Assembly (NCBI RefSeq): GCF_006345805.1
Contig: NW_021826082.1
Coordinates: forward strand, 1-13,729
Reading direction: 5' to 3'
DNA length: 13,729 nt
From: Octopus sinensis
Lineage: Eukaryota
Part shown: piece after piece, positions 8,987 through 13,729 of the stretch
How positions within the stretch are numbered: the stretch's first letter is position 1
Layout of the letters: each line of letters opens with the position of its first letter
Program-made: the position numbers and the translations under genes
The notes under the pieces: generated by a model
The model's database searches: none
Told to the model about the DNA's origin: nothing
The model's input: only the letters and a program-made list of their open reading frames with translations

Positions 8987-9526
8987 TTGGGTTGTGCGGA
9001 AAGTTCGTGCCGATTTATAGTAGCTTATCTTTCGACTTATTTTAGAACATGGTTCAGTCCATAAAATAGGATTTGACTACACCTCCATTTAGAGCACAGT
9101 TTAAGCTATCTTTTCGTGGAAGAAGGTTTATGTTCCAATGACCTATGTTAATTATGTAACCCTTTAAAATGAAAGAGAAGAACGTTCATTTTCGGCACTT
9201 GATGCTTTGGGAACCAGACAAAAATTACTGCAGCTTAGCTGGGATGTGTTACCCCACCCTCGGATTTCCATTTATTCAAGTCTCTGCAGAACAGTCTTAA
9301 TGGTAAAAATTCAATTCCTCGGATGACATAAAAAGATACCTTGATGAATTCTTTGCCATGAAACCACCTGAATTCTGGGGAGTGGGTATTTTCATGTTAA
9401 AGGAAAGATGGAGACGCATTGTGCAACAAAATGGTTCATATTTGGTTGATTAAAAATGTAATGGCAAGTATTTATTGACCTTTTTCTTTCCTTTAAAAAT
9501 CGGCACGAACATTCCAGACAACCCAA
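8987..9526 (+). mobile_element. Mariner-family non-autonomous deletion derivative (540 bp)
   Basis: 30-bp TIRs TTGGGTTGTGCGGAAAGTTCGTGCCGATTT (8987-9016) and AAATCGGCACGAACATTCCAGACAACCCAA (9497-9526), 27/30 matching, flanked by TA on both sides. Confidence 0.93.
9169..9453 (+). pseudogene. Mariner transposase remnant (N-terminus fused out of frame to the C-terminus)
   Basis: MKEKNVHFRHLML at 9169, then TRQKLLQLSWDVLPHP / SDFHLFKSLQNSLNG / KRYLDEFFAMKPPEFWGVGIFMLKERWRRIVQQNGSYLVD* ending at 9453. Confidence 0.9.
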
Positions 9527-10029
9527 TACTATTATTTTTAAATTGTGATCGTTCTTTACTTAATCAGATTGAATTTATTTTTGTCCATATTTATTGTTCT
9601 CCACATTTCCACTGATTTACTGTTTCTTTTAACTTAACCAACTAATATTTTTTTCTCTTTTGCTTTACTTATTGTTGGGAACATTTTATCTGAACCCACA
9701 CGCATATATATGAGTGAGAATGTAATGCATGTCCGATTGCCTGTACATGAGACACTATGTGTAGCATTAAAAATACTTCTAATCTTTAGCGATTCGCTAT
9801 ACACGTATGCCAGTGTGTGAAAATATTAGTTTTCCTATCTCACCTTCAGAAATATGATACAGGAAACTTGATGCCACCAATTTTGCACAACATTCTTTCA
9901 TAGTTTCTACTATGAGAGATTTTCACTTGCTTTTACAAATGAAGGAATGTATCGCCTCCTTTTAAGTGAAGTTTCATTCTTTACGGGTCATTAAAATCGT
10001 ATCTAAAGAAATTCATTGATCCACCTGAG

Positions 10030-11160
10030 AACGGAGGAGCCTGTCAATGGTTGCTCTGCAGACTAGAAATAACAGCTACATCTCCCTTAAATTATACCTC
10101 ATCCTTTAAAAAATACACAACGAGCACTTAAGATAATGAAGTTCTAGATATATAATGTCTAAGAATCTTTTTAGATAGTTGCTCAAAATGCTAGAAATAG
10201 CAGTTAAATCTTGCCAAGATCATGTCCTACCGTCTTCGAAAATTACGAACACTTAGTTTAATGAAGTCTTGGAGACATTATGTTTGAGAAAGGAGGTATC
10301 TTTAGATAGTTACTCACAATGCTAGAAATAACAGTTAACTCTTATGGAAACCATAACATACCGTCTTAAAAGAAGAATAAACATTTTGGATAATGAAGTC
10401 TCAGATACATATGTCTGAGAAAGAAGGATCCTGTATCCAGGATGCTAGAAATAACAGTTAAATCTTGCGTAAACCATAGCCTATCGTCTTAATTACGAAG
10501 ATTTGGGATTATAAAATCTTAGATACATTACGTCTGAAGAAGAAAGAGCCTGTGCTTGCACAGGATGCTAGAAATAACAGTTAAATCTTGCGTAAACCAT
10601 ATCCTACCGTCTTAATTACGAAGATTTGGGATTATAAAATCTTAGATACATTACGTCTGAGAAGAAAGAGCCTGTATATGGTTGCACAGGATGCTAGAAA
10701 TAACAGTTAAATCCTGCGTAAACCATATCCTACTGTCTTAATTACGAAGATTTAGGATTATGAAATTTTAGATACATTACGTCTGAAGAAGAAAGAGCCT
10801 GTATATGGTTGCACAGGATGCTAGAAATAACAGTTAAGTCTTGCGTAAACCATATCCTACCGTCTTAATTACGAAGATTTGGGATTATAAAATCTTAGAT
10901 ACATTACGTCTGAAGAAGAAAGAGCCTGTATAGGCTTGCACAGGATGCTAGAAATGACAGTTAACTCTTATGGAAACCATACCATACCGTCTTAAAAGAA
11001 GAATAAACATTTTGGATAATGAAGTATCAGATACATATGTCTGATAAAGAAGGATCCTGTATCCAGGATGCTAGAAATAACAGTTAAATCTTGCGTAAAC
11101 CATAGCCTATCGTCTTAATTACGAAGATTTAGGATTATGAAATTTTAGCTACATTGCGTC
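10030..11160. repeat. Tandem array of nine 123-131 bp units
   Basis: Anchor CTAGAAAT(A/G)(A/G)CAG at 10063, 10191, 10322, 10445, 10568, 10694, 10821, 10948 and 11071 (spacings 128, 131, 123, 123, 126, 127, 127, 123). Confidence 0.93.
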
Positions 11161-11935
11161 CGACCGAAATGGCTGACATGCCTTCAAGCTTGCACCTCCT
11201 GGGTCAAGGGTGCCCCGGTGCTAAACAGCAGCAAAAAAATACGTAGTTTCTATTGCACGGTTTCTTTTTTTTCTTTTCTTTTTTTGTTTGTTCTTTTTAT
11301 CATTTTTTTTTATTATGTTTAATGTACATCTGAGAGAACAGTTCTCTAGACATTTCTACTGACATCTGCAAAAACTCGTCTGCTAAACAAACAAAATAAA
11401 CGTTAGCCGAGATTTTCGATGTTTATCTTATTGCTTAGCCATATATTGTGATTATTAACTCCTGTTTCCTCATCACAGCTTAACCATCTTGTACTAGTTA
11501 AACCACAGCTTAACACAGACATCATGGAATACGAAAAGACGCAGATGGCACAGAATGCAAGCTGGGAGGCGCCAGGCTGGATGGTTCTCATACTACAACA
11601 GAGACGCAGCAATTGTCCTTTCTTGACCAAAAACACTTAAATTTTGCTGCCACATAAATTTTCGCTGATTCAATCCACTTCGATGTAAATAGGTACTGTG
11701 GGTAGGTACAGCTCACGGTGGTAAGCAACCAGTGTAGAAGTAAATATGTAATTAATGTCTTATTTTTATGATTTAATAATAGGAGAAAGGGTAGCAGAAA
11801 TTGTTGTATTCTCGAGGCAGAAAAAAGTTGGGATACTGACAACAACAAAAAACAAAAAAAAAAAAAAAACGAAAGAAAGAGAGAAAAAACCAGCAAAAGA
11901 AAGAAAAACGAGAAACATATATATATATATATATA

Positions 11936-12302
11936 CAGTAATCTCTCACCATATCGCGGTTCACCTATCACGGTTCACCTATCTCGGTTCACCTATCGCG
12001 ATTCACATATCACGGTTTATTACTTCAGCTTACGTCGTTTCCACCGCGGTGGTGTTTTTCATTTCTAATAAAATAATTTTTTTTTTACTTGTTTCAGTCA
12101 TTTGACTGCGGCCACGCTGGAGCGCCGCCTTTAGTCGAGCAAATCGATCCCGGGACTTATTCTTTGTAAGCCTAGTACTTATTCTATCGGTCTTTTTTGC
12201 CGAACCGCTAAGTGACGGGGACGTAAACACACACAGCATCGGTTGTCAAGCAATGCTAGGGGGGACAAACACAGACACACAAACATATACACACACATAC
12301 AT

Positions 12303-12340
<38 letters not shown>

Positions 12341-12555
12341 TACGACAGGCTTCTTTCAGTTTCCGTCTACCAAACCCACTCACAAGGCATTGGTCGGCCC
12401 GAGGCTATAGCAGAAGACACTTGCCCAAGATGCCACGCATCAAATTATATACAAATTATAAAAATAATAATAATAATTATACAGTACAATACTGTTTCTA
12501 CTTCGCGGATTTTCACCTATCGCGGTGTGTAAAACCCGCGATAGTCGAGAGGTTA
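11936..12555. mobile_element. Tigger/pogo-like MITE interrupted by a SINE
   Basis: Left end TA|CAGTAATCTCTCACCATATCGCGG. The right end CCGCGATAGTCGAGAGGTTA (12536-12555) is an imperfect inverted copy that has lost its terminal CTG. Both ends carry TTCACCTATCGCGG subterminal motifs. The family call is from the CAGT-type terminus with TA target. Confidence 0.7.
12077..12439 (-). mobile_element. 5'-truncated SINE, copy 6 (family of copies 2 and 3)
   Basis: Reverse complement matches copy 3 from TGCGTGGCATCTTGGGC to TGACTGAAACAAGTAAAA; the tRNA head is missing; internal (AT)n tract at ~12305-12335. Confidence 0.9.
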
Positions 12556-12794
12556 AATAAAAGACGAAAACTATTTTTCAAATTTCGAAATTTTTTTAAT
12601 CTTTGGAATTTTTTTTCTTCGTTGTTTGTTTCTTTTCCTTTGATGTCACTTACCTTCAGGTGTGTTGTAAGGTGGGTTACTTCATAAATACGGAGTATCA
12701 GGTGTTTTGTATAGATGAGTATTTAAGATCACTGAGTGTTGCATGTCTGTCTGTGTGTCTATTTGCATTTAAAAATGCATGTTTGCGTGTGTGT

Positions 12795-13520
12795 GTATGT
12801 GTGTATGCGAACGTGTGTATGTGTGGGTACGTCTGTGTGAGTGAGTACGTTTGTGTGTGTGTGTGAGTGTGTGTGTGTGTATGCGAACGTGTGTATGTGT
12901 GGGTACGTCTGTGTGAGTGAGTACGTTTGTGTGTGTGTGTGTGTATGCGAACGTGTGTATGTGTGGGTACGTCTGTGTGAGTGAGTACGTTTGCGTGTGT
13001 GTGTGTGTGTGTATGCGAACGTGTGTATGTGTGGTTACGTCTGTGTGAGTGAGTACGTTTGTGTGTGTGTGTGTGTGTATGCGAACGTGTGTATGTGTGG
13101 TTACGTCTGTGTGAGTGAGTACGTTTGTGTGTGTGTGTGTATGCGAACGTGTGTGTGTGTGGGTACGTCTGTGTGAGTGAGTACGTTTGTGTGTGTGTGT
13201 GTGTATGCGAACGTGTGTATGTGTGGTTAACGTCTGTGTGAGTGGTACGTTTTGTGTGTGTGTGTGTGTGCGAACTGTGTGTGTGTGGGTAACGTCTGTG
13301 TGAGTGAGTACGTTTGTGTGTGTGTGTATGCGAACGTGTGGTGTGTGGTGGGTACGTTCTGTGTGAGTGAGTACGTTTGTGTGTGTGTGTGTATGCGAAC
13401 GTGTGTGTGTGTGGGTACGTCTGTGTGAGTGAGTACGTTTGTGTGTGTGTGTGTGTGTGTATGCGAACGTGTGTGTGGGTACGTCTGTGTGAGTGAGTAC
13501 GTTTGTGTGTGTGTGTGTGT
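12795..13520. repeat. Minisatellite, 11 units of 60-76 bp
   Basis: Unit TATGCGAACGTGTGTATGTGTGGGTACGTCTGTGTGAGTGAGTACGTTT(GT)n; GCGAAC anchors at 12807, 12883, 12947, 13015, 13081, 13143, 13207, 13270, 13330, 13395 and 13463. Confidence 0.95.
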
Positions 13521-13729
13521 TTTTGTGCGTGTATGCTTGTGCGTGTGCGTGCGTGTATGTACGTGTGAGTGTGCACGTGTATATCTGTGTATGTGCGTGT
13601 TGTGTGCACGTCTATGTGTGTGTATGTGTGTGTGTGTGTATGCTTGTGTTTGTGTGCATGTGCATGTGTATGTGTGTTTGTGCATGTGTGTGTGTGTGTG
13701 TTGTTTATGCATGTGTGCGTGTGCGCGTA
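13521..13729. repeat. Degenerate (GT)n-rich simple repeat
   Basis: Read directly. Confidence 0.9.

Noticed and set aside
10030-11160. CRISPR-like array, or hammerhead satellite (CTGAAGA...GAAA in the units)
   Set aside because: Whole units are homologous, so there are no unique spacers, and the context is eukaryotic. Stem II does not abut the core, and the A15.1-U16.1 pair and UH site are missing.
11333-11347. Palindrome AGAGAAC-A-GTTCTCT
   Set aside because: The spacing fits neither a steroid response element nor a heat-shock element, and an isolated short palindrome is expected by chance.
11556-11599. ZNF143/Staf-like pieces (CTCCCAGCTTGCA on the minus strand; ACTACAA)
   Set aside because: The two parts are not adjacent or co-oriented as in the composite motif, so the match is too weak to call.
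13225-13380. Cluster of single-base indels in minisatellite units 7-9
   Set aside because: The pattern is typical of long-read consensus error and cannot be treated as biological without reads.
12698-13712. 303-aa His/Thr-rich ORF and overlapping ORFs
   Set aside because: They are minisatellite and GT-repeat translations; nothing indicates a real repeat protein.

Overview
This is AT-rich eukaryotic intronic or intergenic DNA made almost entirely of repeats. The SINE types and microsatellite density look like an Octopus (cephalopod) genome; this is inference from recalled repeat types. I recognise no intact host protein-coding gene, and most long ORFs in the track are translations of microsatellites. 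The window holds a decayed, internally deleted Ty3/Gypsy LTR retrotransposon on the minus strand (3518-7256), with both LTRs, a tRNA-Ser PBS, a PPT and gag/protease/RT/integrase remnants. It also holds six tRNA-derived SINE copies (one inside the 5' LTR, one inside a MITE), a 540-bp mariner deletion derivative with TA TSDs, and a Tigger/pogo-like MITE. Tandem repeats include a 9-unit 123-131 bp array with higher-order structure, an 11-unit 60-76 bp minisatellite and long GATA, TATG, AT and GT microsatellites. The most unusual signals are a degenerate minimal hammerhead-ribozyme-like motif (~2803-2848), a compensatory base-pair change between two array units, domain shuffling among the SINEs and a fold-back rearrangement in one SINE. 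I found no convincing evidence of a new multi-gene system.
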